Below are positions 42,301 to 50,381 of a stretch of DNA of 64,000 bases, piece after piece. The DNA is from Candidatus Latescibacterota bacterium. GTDB lineage: Bacteria > Latescibacterota > UBA2968 > GCA-2709665. A program made the translations under genes and the position numbers. Where the stretch lies: the NCBI GenBank assembly GCA_965222075.1, contig OZ244937.1, forward strand, positions 4,064,001 to 4,128,000. The letters are read 5' to 3'. Numbering within the stretch: the stretch's first letter is position 1; every line of letters starts with the position of its first letter. Under the pieces are notes generated by a model, which saw only the letters and a list, made by a program, of their open reading frames with translations, did no database searches and had not been told where the DNA came from.

Positions 42301-42501
42301 GCTGATGATCCTCTGTTTATTCTCCGTGACAAAGGCCCCCATCAGGTTGCTCTCGCGAATCTCTCGCTCCTGCTCCTCCGGGGTCGTCTGCCACCCCCCG
42401 CCCCCCGGCCAGGCGACATCCGCCTCCATCTCCAGCGTGGCAAGCTTCTCCGCGTCCCTCTTCCGCCAGTCCTCCACGAGATTTCTGGTTTTGTGGAGCA
42501 T
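39352..42501 (-). CDS. Large GNAT-domain protein (N-terminal acetyltransferase, ~880-aa uncharacterised beta-rich C-terminus)
   Basis: HPDYHGKKHGK and TWPGNLKAVPLYKKMGF motifs; GGAGGAGG RBS. Confidence 0.85.
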   Translation of the reverse strand: MLHKTRNLVEDWRKRDAEKLATLEMEADVAWPGGGGWQTTPEEQEREIRESNLMGAFVTENKQRIISICTIRAKPGQKAHAFVPHLNCHPDYHGKKHGKSVLWAALDRAYEAGFQRVDLSTWPGNLKAVPLYKKMGFMWRPDSSVHMENFTPAARRHPLAAVFFARHDWYETHVRELSLEEDVMIRGKVKIYEYLWRAPDGDFLRLVFDRQSWGIIEIENNDLMVSCSLSDEKLVAGVPHPVRWRIVNKKPDPVRVSLTASGDPGVEVKKREALEVTDAAELRGTFVIDPNIEEKTHEPKAAVLRTDLVIDSVGIELVAGIDVRQAVDVSVDAVRSILTPGAPQEALLTLRSNLDEPCTARLRVTPAGGADVSERRVELDPKGGAEFPAPVMAPQAGPVSLDVETSAVVGRKTIPVKTRRLDLLAVDRGGVSGGVGEEGALLCGGGLMVSANLRNGQVSIFHRLRALRSRRLDLHRPKLGPPFAGDDLFQEKAEASVEQDAFGVVLRLRTRSVLRPGVMLDRRIAVGQGPLVRMVDTVINGSTLPLDLSLVQGWGMRIGPGASFVVPRKQGVYRQTAGSGGRELDDLRLPEEGEAWPEGWICAEKEDGCAAGILWDRAERVGPDPWGSLRLRAGRMKPGESKQMDPIYAFAGDGNWQTIRAWWQTLFGSVPEIETSPAPTHRPIEFGIEPGPLLIAGGKAEATLRLSHVGEYKLNGELILEESASLRSDVASIKVSGLCESNPVVRKVGFRPTERAWSETEDIGVRFETEEAVYRFSGRALILPRNACQVRVSRQEKGRVIVVDNGTLTAKVAPSFMGSVISLQREGREYLNSSYPDAAPRGWMNPWHGGISPAYDRLEDTLYKERFRYRVIERKGRQGLVWRGVRVHCRIAQEHARGQSITLEYLLAPGADVLAILPSCRDELGISAHGDVGFHIWPGFAASPGTASFYNPTHESITALAAPHWSAAGRWNWGGIVGKSGKALFLSAKEEGVHATGGSVGDEGCLLEGNLERSMFPRERIEGLFFLLPTMGLEEGKAGVVWSEFEALP

Positions 42502-42770
42502 AGCCTCCTCCTGCTATTTCTGACCTCGCCGCATCGGCAAAACCTCAGGATGCAATTCCCATCCGTCCGGATCCTCATGAGTAGGACGATTCCGTCTCGA
42601 TCCAGGTTTCAGAATCGGGACCTCCCCCCGCCATCCAGAGACAGGTTGGGGTTGACCTCTGAGCATTTGTAAAGCATATTTGGAATAGTAGAGACGGGTT
42701 TATGATGTTTGAGAGGTTAACCAGGCCACACTCGCACGGGACTGAAAGTCCCGCGCGAGAAGAGGACCGT

Positions 42771-43337
42771 GTGCGAAACCTCATTCTGGTCAAACACGCC
42801 CTGCCGGAAATCGTCCCCCACCTGCCCGCCCGCCAGTGGCGCCTTTCAGAAGAGGGCCGTCGCCGATGCAGCACCCTGGCGGACAGGCTGGCCCCCTATC
42901 AACCGGCTCTTATTGCTTCCAGCGGTGAATACAAGGCAGTGGAAACGGCGCAGATCGTGGCAAACGCACTGGGAAAACCGTTTGAAATCGCCGATGGATT
43001 ACACGAACATGACAGGAGCAGCGTCGTCTTCCTCTCCAGGCAGGAATTCGAAAGCGCCGTTGCCTATCTTTTCGAACAGCCCGAAGCGCTCGTCTTTGGA
43101 GGGGAGACGGCGTCTCAGGCGCAAAATCGGTTTAAAAAAGCGGTCGAAAGCCTGCTCGCAAAATATCCGGAGGGCAGCATCGCCATCGTCGCACACGGCA
43201 CGGTCATCGCCCTTTTTGTCGCGGGTTGTGCAGGAATCGATCCTTTCCCATTCTGGCAGCGGCTCAGCCTGCCGTCGTTTGTCGTGCTCTCGCTTCCGGA
43301 CCTGAAACTGATCGAAACGGTCGAAAATATAGAGTAG
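42771..43337 (+). CDS. Histidine phosphatase family protein (KHA variant)
   Basis: LILVKHA, LSEEG, LHEH, IVAHG; GAGGA RBS before GTG. Confidence 0.8.
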   Translation: MRNLILVKHALPEIVPHLPARQWRLSEEGRRRCSTLADRLAPYQPALIASSGEYKAVETAQIVANALGKPFEIADGLHEHDRSSVVFLSRQEFESAVAYLFEQPEALVFGGETASQAQNRFKKAVESLLAKYPEGSIAIVAHGTVIALFVAGCAGIDPFPFWQRLSLPSFVVLSLPDLKLIETVENIE

Positions 43338-43373
43338 GAATACGGCAATGCAGCCTGAGAAGAATATCACCGT

Positions 43374-43504
43374 AGCGTTCATAAAGGGTTTTGTCCGATT
43401 CATCTTCGGCAAAACCCATCACATCAAAAGCATCGGCTATATCGACGATCCGGAGCGCTGAATGATCCCTTCACGCCTCGGCGGAGAAGGAGACGACCGA
43501 AGGG
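43374..43504. repeat. 131-bp direct repeat, copy 2
   Basis: Matches 39168-39298; overlaps the arsR 3' end. Confidence 0.9.
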
Positions 43505-43854
43505 TGGGGAACGCAGATCTGTCCCCTGTCCGCCAACTCCGTCAGACGCATCAGGTCTTCCTGTACGGCAGGTTTGTCCTGTCGGCCCTCTTTGAGGTAC
43601 GACACAAGCCACTGCTTCAGATCCGTGTTGGGCGCTGTCAGGGCATAATAAATCCAGACGCCGTCCCGCCGATCCGACACGATCCCGGCGTGTTTGAGCG
43701 TCGAAAGGTGCCGTGAGATCTTGCCCTGGGGCATGTCGAGTATCAAAACCAGTTCGCAGACACAGAGTTCCCGTTCCGAAAGCAGAAACAGAAGCCGAAG
43801 CCGGGTCTCGTCGGAACAGGCCTTGAACACCGCAAGGTCCTCTTTCAATTCCAT
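43471..43854 (-). CDS. arsR: ArsR/SmtB metalloregulator
   Basis: FKACSDETRLRL, ELCVCEL, ISRHL..LK.AG, RRDG.WIYY. Confidence 0.9.
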   Translation of the reverse strand: MELKEDLAVFKACSDETRLRLLFLLSERELCVCELVLILDMPQGKISRHLSTLKHAGIVSDRRDGVWIYYALTAPNTDLKQWLVSYLKEGRQDKPAVQEDLMRLTELADRGQICVPHPSVVSFSAEA

Positions 43855-43882
43855 CGCATCTACCCCTCGAAAGAAATCCCTC

Positions 43883-44596
43883 CTAACAACATCCTTTAAC
43901 TTCACCGCCCGGATCGGGATGGCATCGAATAAACTCATAGAAAAACGCCCCGGTTATCGCCCCCAGCACCGGCCCGGCCAGGTATGCCGGAAAGTACGCC
44001 CAGTTTCCGGAGACCAGGGCAGGCCCCAGGCTGCGGGCCGGGTTCATAGACGCCCCGCAAAGGGGCCCGGCAAACATCGCTTCCAGCCAGATTGTCCCCC
44101 CAATGGCCAGTCCGGCCGCCTGTCCTACGGCCCGATGATCGGTTGCTACGGACATAATCACCACCATCAGAAAGAACGTCAGCAAAAACTCCCAGACAAA
44201 CGCGGTTGAAAAGGCATGATCCATCGGCTGAGTAACCCCGAAGTTGAGTGACTGAGCCGGGAATCTCTGTCTCAGAATCGGAGCCAGCGTAAACAGGTGA
44301 ATGGTGCTCGCCACAACCGCTCCGGAGCACTGCGCAGCGATATAGGGGATGATTTCCCGCTTTGGAAAATGGCGCGTACAGGCAAATGCGAGGGTAACGG
44401 CAGGGTTGAAATGGGCGCCGCAGATGTGTCCTGTGGCATAGACCATCGTCATCACAATCAGACCGAACGACGTCGCGATACCGACATGGGTCACCCCGCC
44501 CTCTGAAAGCTGGTTGATCGCAATGGCGCCGCACCCGACCAGCACAATCGCAAAAGCCCCCAGGAACTCTGCCGCACACTTCCGGAGTAGATTCAT
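43883..44596 (-). CDS. MIP-family aquaporin/aquaglyceroporin, probable arsenite channel
   Basis: GAHFNPAVT and ASMNPARS; C-terminal GCC; adjacent to arsR. Confidence 0.88.
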   Translation of the reverse strand: MNLLRKCAAEFLGAFAIVLVGCGAIAINQLSEGGVTHVGIATSFGLIVMTMVYATGHICGAHFNPAVTLAFACTRHFPKREIIPYIAAQCSGAVVASTIHLFTLAPILRQRFPAQSLNFGVTQPMDHAFSTAFVWEFLLTFFLMVVIMSVATDHRAVGQAAGLAIGGTIWLEAMFAGPLCGASMNPARSLGPALVSGNWAYFPAYLAGPVLGAITGAFFYEFIRCHPDPGGEVKGCC

Positions 44597-44610
44597 ACCG
44601 GGCTCCTTTC

Positions 44611-44914
44611 TTAGAAGTTGTCTTAAGACCCATGTCTGGTCGCTTTACGAGGCTGTCGCCCTTGGCGTTAAGCGATTTTCGAGGGCGAGACCTGCCTGCG
44701 CGGCGCACCGCGCTGCAGGCAGGCCGCTCAGGCGCCGCGGGGGCTGCTTTTCCGCGAATTGTCCCTGTGGTGGAAGCGGAAGCTTCTGCCCTGCGGACCT
44801 TTTAGGCATTTTTGGGCGATGGTGCTGGACGGAACCGCGCGGAAAAGCCCCTTCACCCCGCACCGATTTTCGCTCGCGCTCGGAACTCACCGGGAATTTT
44901 AAAACAACTTCTAA
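44611..44914. mobile_element. Non-autonomous MITE-like mosaic element, copy C (contains REP hairpin 44691-44723)
   Basis: Terminal inverted repeat TTAGAAGTTGTCTTAA / TTAAAACAACTTCTAA (15/16). Confidence 0.8.
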
Positions 44915-44925
44915 AACGTAGAGGT

Positions 44926-44964
44926 TTATATCTATATATCCGTATATACGGTTATATTAATATA
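44926..44964 (-). promoter_or_regulatory. Probable ArsR operator/promoter
   Basis: AT-rich imperfect palindrome ATATCCGTATATACGGTTATAT upstream of aqp-arsR. Confidence 0.55.
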
Positions 44965-45079
44965 CAAACCCCCACAACAATACGCAACTGCGGAATCCAT
45001 ACAATTCTGCTCCTCACAGAGTGCGATTCAGCGCTCGTATTTCGTCCGGCACGGAACTCATGGCCCCATCTGCTCAGAC

Positions 45080-48000
45080 TTATGTCAATTGCTCTTCAAA
45101 TATCCGTTTCATATAGTCGTACTGCCCGTTTCGCTCGGCAAACAAAATATGCGCCCTGGCAAACTGCGCCCTATTCCACGACCCGTCCTCGTATTTCTTC
45201 TTCAATGTCTCATAAGACGTTACGGAAATGAGATATGAATCCAGTGTCACGTCCTCATTCCCGATTGCCCTTGCCAACTCCGGCAGCCTTTTGTGGAGTT
45301 GCGCTTTCTCGTCGTGTTGGTATGCATTTGCGTAGATCATCCCGTGCGGCTCCACAAAGACGATGTGCTGCTTTTTTCCCTCCTTGATCCAGAGGATGAA
45401 GTCCGGATAGAAGCCGCTCGTCTCGAAGAAGCTGACGCCTGCGCCGCGGCTTAGATTCCGCAGGAGAAACACCTCCCGTCCAGACAGTCTGCCGTCCTTC
45501 TCCTCCAACCAGTAGTCCTTCAAATCCTGGACAAACCGTCTTTCACCTGTATTCAACGCAGGGGGAGCGGTCCTGATGTTGTCATCGCTGTGCTCGACCA
45601 GCAGGGGCTGGTAGAGGTGTCGGTCGAAGTGGATGCGGCCCAATTCCGTTGTTTCCTTCTGATAGAGTCGCTCGCCATCAGCAATCAGCTTTTTGATCTT
45701 GCCCATCAAGCAGCTCTCGGACCGCCGGACGCTGATCACGTATTGGCCCTTCCCTTCCCGCACCTGGTTGGGGCTCAAATTCGGGTCGCTTTGGTCGAGT
45801 GTCTTGTAAACCATGTGTTCCGACTCCCAGCGCTCCCGCTTTGTCCGATAGAAGACGTCGACGTACTTCCGCAGAATCCTGGTTACCGCATCTTGCAGGC
45901 GGACGGTGTCCCCAAACGATTCAGGCTGCACTACCGCCTCGTCCGCGATTAGACGATACCGTTTGGGGTCTGAGAGGATATTCCGTGGCGCATCCGGTAG
46001 TACACTCAGATTATTCAGGCCCTTCTGCTCCTTGTATTCGAGCAGGTCGAGATAGGCCTGCTCCCAATTGACCAGGGCCAAGCTCTCATTGGGAAGGACT
46101 TGCTCTGTCCCCCACTGCCCGGCAGTGGTCGCAACGCCGTCGTCGCTGCTTTCCAGCGCCTGCACCTTCAGGGACATGTCGATGCGCACCTCTACAGCAG
46201 GGTCGGGCTTGAGAAGGAGATTCTCCTCGTACGCAAAATCGTATCCCTTTTTCACCCGCGGCACCACCAGACCCGCTTTCAGCAATCCATTATCGGGTCG
46301 AATGAACAACGGTGGCAACTCTTCATACCCTTCCGTATCGACGCCCTCCCACTCCAGGTATGCCCGGAACCGGGCCATATAGTTGGCACGCACGGCGAAG
46401 ATATTGAGCGTCTCCAGCAGGCCAATGTGATCCGGGTGGCTGCCGCCCAGTCCCGCGCTCCGCTTGAGGCTGGCGCCCTTGCCCCGCAGACGCACCCCGC
46501 GCCCGAAGAGCTGGATGATCTCCGCGCCCTCGATACGACCGATATTCAATAGGCCCATGTTCGAGACGCGCCAGGAGTTCCAGCCTTCCATGAATTTCTT
46601 CGCGCCAATGAGGACCTCAATCCTGGTATGCGGCCTATTGATGCCGTCGAATAGCGAGCCAGCCAGAGCGTCTTCTTCCAGTGTTATGCCAGCGTCATCG
46701 GCCTCCACCAGCTTCTTGAAGGCGCTGATGTCGCCGATGTAGATGAGGCCGAAGTAGTCCTGGGCTCCGCTCGCCTTGAGGCCCAATTCGCCGTCGGCAC
46801 CGCGGATCGCGCACACGTGCAAGCCGCCGCCGGCCGGGGCGTGGAATACTTTTTTCAAGATGTCCTGGTACATCTCCTCGAAGGGTCGCTCCATTGCCCG
46901 CAGGTACGCGAATTTGCCCGCGAACACATCCCGCCCATCCGGCGTGACCAACCCGGTCTCGCCTTTGACGAGCTGCTCAATGGCCTTGAGCGCCCAATCG
47001 GCCCGACTCAAAACGCGATGCAGGAATCGCGCCACCGTCAGCACGTCGCTGCATTTCTGCCGGTCCCTGGAGTACACCGCGTTCACCGTGCTGCCTACAA
47101 AGACCCACAGCGGCCGTTCCAAGTGATAAGGCCGCAACCCCTCGGCGTGCTCGGCGAACGTGCATTGCTGCTCGTAGAACGACAGCAAGTTGCCAAGCAG
47201 AAGCGTCTCTGTCGCCTCCTCTGTCGTCTCCTCCACGAGGTTGAGCACGCGGAAGTCCTTGCCGTACCCGTCGCCGTGGAAGTAGCGGTACGAGTAGTCG
47301 AAGGCAATGGCTTTTCCGTACTCCGTCGTAAGTGCGTCGTTGCGTGCTGCGGTCAGGGCCTGGCCGAAGGTGGCGCTGTATTCAAAGGTGAATCCACGCT
47401 CACCCAGAGCGTCGCGGAAGCTGCGCCACGCCTCGCCGCCCGAACCTTTGTGCCCTTCATCGACGAAAATCAGGTTGTTGCCCTCGAATGCCTCGACGGG
47501 TACGCTTGCACCGCCGCCGTGCTTTTGCTCGACCAGTTTGGTTATTTCAATGACCCGCACCGCGTCGTTTGCGCCCGTCGTCAGGCCACTCTCGTGGAGG
47601 TCGAAGCGCCAACAGGGGATGGCCGAGGCCGTCATCTCGTCGAGATGCTGCTCGCTCAGCCCCTCGTTGGGGGTAATCAGCAAGATATTGTCCAGGGGCT
47701 GGTTGTTGTAGTGCAGGAATTGGCGGTAGTTGAGGTGCATGATGAGGGTTTTGCCGCTGCCGGTCGCCATCCAAAAGGCGAGTTTTTTCAGGTCGGCTGC
47801 GGAGAACGGCTCACCGGCCTCGCGCTCGGCGACAAACTCGTTCAGCGAACGAAGCATCTCTCCCCGGCGGTTGAAGTATTCATCGAGGAACACTTCCGTG
47901 TAGAGCGCCGCCAGGTACTGGAAGTAGCGCAGGGTAATCGGCTCGGACCGGCGGGCGTTCATGGCGCGCAGGTGGTTGCGGATATTGTCGTCGTACCGGG

Positions 48001-48205
48001 CCAGGGCGTCCGGCAAAATGTTCGCCGCGTCCCCGCGGCCAATCAGCCGGTGATAGACAAAGCTGCGGCCTTCGGGATCGAACCCCTCGTCCGATTCCTT
48101 CATATCCGCCAGCAGGTCGCGGTTGTGCTCGTAGCCAAACTGCCGGTTGAGCCATGCCAGCAGGACCAGGTGCTGCTCCAGGCTGGTGATTTGTACGGGC
48201 GGCAT
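45080..48205 (-). CDS. res: Type III restriction enzyme Res subunit
   Basis: MATGSGKT, VDEGH, YSATF, QLFGRGVRL and C-terminal YPDF..FVEPH nuclease. Confidence 0.92.
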   Translation of the reverse strand: MPPVQITSLEQHLVLLAWLNRQFGYEHNRDLLADMKESDEGFDPEGRSFVYHRLIGRGDAANILPDALARYDDNIRNHLRAMNARRSEPITLRYFQYLAALYTEVFLDEYFNRRGEMLRSLNEFVAEREAGEPFSAADLKKLAFWMATGSGKTLIMHLNYRQFLHYNNQPLDNILLITPNEGLSEQHLDEMTASAIPCWRFDLHESGLTTGANDAVRVIEITKLVEQKHGGGASVPVEAFEGNNLIFVDEGHKGSGGEAWRSFRDALGERGFTFEYSATFGQALTAARNDALTTEYGKAIAFDYSYRYFHGDGYGKDFRVLNLVEETTEEATETLLLGNLLSFYEQQCTFAEHAEGLRPYHLERPLWVFVGSTVNAVYSRDRQKCSDVLTVARFLHRVLSRADWALKAIEQLVKGETGLVTPDGRDVFAGKFAYLRAMERPFEEMYQDILKKVFHAPAGGGLHVCAIRGADGELGLKASGAQDYFGLIYIGDISAFKKLVEADDAGITLEEDALAGSLFDGINRPHTRIEVLIGAKKFMEGWNSWRVSNMGLLNIGRIEGAEIIQLFGRGVRLRGKGASLKRSAGLGGSHPDHIGLLETLNIFAVRANYMARFRAYLEWEGVDTEGYEELPPLFIRPDNGLLKAGLVVPRVKKGYDFAYEENLLLKPDPAVEVRIDMSLKVQALESSDDGVATTAGQWGTEQVLPNESLALVNWEQAYLDLLEYKEQKGLNNLSVLPDAPRNILSDPKRYRLIADEAVVQPESFGDTVRLQDAVTRILRKYVDVFYRTKRERWESEHMVYKTLDQSDPNLSPNQVREGKGQYVISVRRSESCLMGKIKKLIADGERLYQKETTELGRIHFDRHLYQPLLVEHSDDNIRTAPPALNTGERRFVQDLKDYWLEEKDGRLSGREVFLLRNLSRGAGVSFFETSGFYPDFILWIKEGKKQHIVFVEPHGMIYANAYQHDEKAQLHKRLPELARAIGNEDVTLDSYLISVTSYETLKKKYEDGSWNRAQFARAHILFAERNGQYDYMKRIFEEQLT

Positions 48206-48207
48206 TT

Positions 48208-48309
48208 CTATGCCTCTTCGCCGACGATGGTTTTCAGCTGCTCGTCTACTGTCCTGGTGGCGTGGTTCAGCATATCCATCAGGCTTATCCGGTCATTACG
48301 CCTGCTCAT
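48208..48309 (-). pseudogene. Internally deleted HEPN/DUF86 (HepT) toxin remnant
   Basis: 33 codons MSRRNDRISLMDMLNHA-TRTVDEQLKTIVGEEA overlapping the MNT stop; N- and C-termini look DUF86-like, no Rx4-6H motif. Confidence 0.7.
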
Positions 48310-48610
48310 ACACCGCCTCCGCCGAGTTGATTATCTCCTCCCGGAGCAGCCAGTTGCGGCTGCTTTCGACTCCCCCGAAGGTGTGTAAATCCGCCTTCCG
48401 CCCCAGGATTTTGTCCAGTTCAATCTCCAATTCGGCCAGCCCGATGTAGCCAATACGTGCATCCGGCTCGAACTCCACGAGTACATCCACATCGCTCTCA
48501 GGCGTGAAGTCGTCGCGCAGCACCGAGCCGAACAGGGCCATGCGCCGGATGTGATTGCGCCGACAGAAGGCGGCGATCTTGTCTTTTGGGGTGTCGATCT
48601 TGATGCTCAT
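48296..48610 (-). CDS. Minimal nucleotidyltransferase (MntA-type antitoxin)
   Basis: LFGSVLRDDFTPESDVDVLVEF (GSx10DxD), LGRKADL. Confidence 0.92.
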   Translation of the reverse strand: MSIKIDTPKDKIAAFCRRNHIRRMALFGSVLRDDFTPESDVDVLVEFEPDARIGYIGLAELEIELDKILGRKADLHTFGGVESSRNWLLREEIINSAEAVYEQA

Positions 48611-48690
48611 GGTTCTGCTCCTGCAAATAGCCAAGCCTTGAATATCAGCGCCAGGGCTTTTGCCTCGCGAATGAAAAATTCATTACTTTT
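48607..48690 (-). pseudogene. Relic 3' end of a Type III mod gene
   Basis: Translates FFIREAKALALIFKAWLFAGAEP*, colinear with Mod SFIREARALEPVFKRRMFAETGK*. Confidence 0.7.
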
Positions 48691-48691
48691 G

Positions 48692-49777
48692 CTACCCTTC
48701 CAACTGACATGCCGGCGCAAACGTCTCAATATCCCAATCGGTTTGTGAACCGAACATCCGGCGCAGACGGATCATTCCGTGAGACGGAGCTACATGACTG
48801 ATCCTTTTACTAGCTTCCCGGATAGTCTTTTCTACTGTTCTATTCCTTCTCCGTGCGGGTTTGGAACTAGGAAGGTCGAACGGTGCAGTCGCATAAGCCT
48901 TTCTAGTAAACGAGAGAATACGTTTTACGTCGCTCTCCGTCGGCAAACTCCGTCCACCTTTTCTCCACGGAGTGAGCGCCGCTATTGGTTCACTATGCAG
49001 CATCTCATTCCATACTCTATCCTCATGGGCGTTTTGGGAACCATGATGTGGAACTTTGAAAACGGAAGCTTTGCAATTCGGCCGTTCGTGGGCAGCGAGT
49101 ATATCCAACCAGCCACGCCCCTCAAGATCGGAACCGAGGAGAATCGCTGTATCGTCGATCTTGATTAATAGAACAACCGCAATTTTGTTAGGGGTCAGGG
49201 TAGGAGTTCGCCTTTTTGTTTCACGTTCCTGTGGCCGGAGACGGTCTATTTCCTGCAAGAAGCTGTTAACTTCCTTGTCGAAAGGCGAGAGGGACCAGAT
49301 TTCGCAACTATCCCGACTAAAGATTCTACGATTGGCTATGGCGAATACAGGCTTGGCAGACCTCTCCTCAAGTAGTGACCGGACTTTGTAGAGTTCCTGC
49401 ATTCCAGAGCCCACTTGGGACATAGGACGACTCGCTATAGCGTCCATCATTGCGAGGAATTCTTGTGTACGAAGAGCACTTGCACAGCAGAAAGTCGCAT
49501 CGTCGCAGGTCTCGATCAACTCTCCCATGCCACGTATATGGTCGTCATGCCAATGAGTGGTAACTATGAGGTGAACTACCTCAGGAGGATCTAATCCCAT
49601 GCCATGGAGATAAGCCAACGCTACCGGACGAGAATCTGCACCGATACAGGAATCGACAATTACCCAACTTCCGTTCCCTATATGGAGAAGTATGCATTCT
49701 CCGTAACCAGGGCCGACAAGGGTTACTTCCATCACGTTGTGTTTAGGCGGAACTCCGAGGGTAGTTAGTCCGCCCAT
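48692..49777 (-). CDS. MBL-fold metallo-hydrolase (ComEC/Rec2-like)
   Basis: GYGEC, VDS, THWHDDH, GSD, KVPHHGS motifs. Confidence 0.88.
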   Translation of the reverse strand: MGGLTTLGVPPKHNVMEVTLVGPGYGECILLHIGNGSWVIVDSCIGADSRPVALAYLHGMGLDPPEVVHLIVTTHWHDDHIRGMGELIETCDDATFCCASALRTQEFLAMMDAIASRPMSQVGSGMQELYKVRSLLEERSAKPVFAIANRRIFSRDSCEIWSLSPFDKEVNSFLQEIDRLRPQERETKRRTPTLTPNKIAVVLLIKIDDTAILLGSDLEGRGWLDILAAHERPNCKASVFKVPHHGSQNAHEDRVWNEMLHSEPIAALTPWRKGGRSLPTESDVKRILSFTRKAYATAPFDLPSSKPARRRNRTVEKTIREASKRISHVAPSHGMIRLRRMFGSQTDWDIETFAPACQLEG

Positions 49778-50379
49778 AACTGAAAGGTCTTCCTGGCCCG
49801 TTCCTCGGCTTCGGCTATATCCTGTTTGGTCACAACAGGAAGTTCGCGGAAGACGATCCGGGAGACACGCTGCTTAGTTCCACTCACGGAACGCTCGTAG
49901 CCGATGACCCAGCGAAAGATGCTGCCGAGGCGCAGACGCTTGAGGTCGTCTTCTGAAATCTCGGAAAGAGGAATGACGGCTTCTTCCTCTTCATACGAGG
50001 AACTGGCAGTCAGGTCTAATAGCCGCACTGTGAAGTCGTCTTCTCCTATTTCTGTGACATGCCCTTCCCACTCCTGAAGCAGATGAAAACTGACTTGGGG
50101 CACAGTCCGCGAAATTTGAGCTAGGTCAGGAAAATCAGTGATTACGTCAACATCGAAACCGGCTCCAGTCGCTATCGGGCGGACCTCAATGGTCCTCTCC
50201 GAGACGTCAGTGTCATATAGCTCCGAATTTCGGCGCTGTTTTAGTGTAGCCGCGATCCGGTCCGCATATCCTTCCCGAAGAAGCAATTGCTCAAAGGTAT
50301 TAGATGCACTCGGATTTTTGTTGACCCCTGATGAGTCCTGAAGTCTGTTGCCCGCAGGGGCGAATGCAGCTTCCGACAT
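49765..50379 (-). CDS. Hypothetical protein, C-terminal possible OB-like domain
   Basis: Coupled to both neighbours; QEWEGHVTEI..F.VRL..G.IF.W.IG beta-rich pattern. Confidence 0.72.
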   Translation of the reverse strand: MSEAAFAPAGNRLQDSSGVNKNPSASNTFEQLLLREGYADRIAATLKQRRNSELYDTDVSERTIEVRPIATGAGFDVDVITDFPDLAQISRTVPQVSFHLLQEWEGHVTEIGEDDFTVRLLDLTASSSYEEEEAVIPLSEISEDDLKRLRLGSIFRWVIGYERSVSGTKQRVSRIVFRELPVVTKQDIAEAEERARKTFQLWAD

Positions 50380-50381
50380 TC

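Noticed and set aside
42520-42700. SAM-I riboswitch or leader peptide between the GNAT and phosphatase genes
   Set aside because: Only ATCCAGAG matches; the GCAAC/GTGC core is absent and the ~50-codon ORF lacks an RBS.
46817-48388. Long antisense ORFs (523 aa here; also 39697-41304, 20733-22082, 26245-27483, 59955-61109)
   Set aside because: They lie opposite well-supported genes in GC-rich DNA and carry no recognisable motifs.
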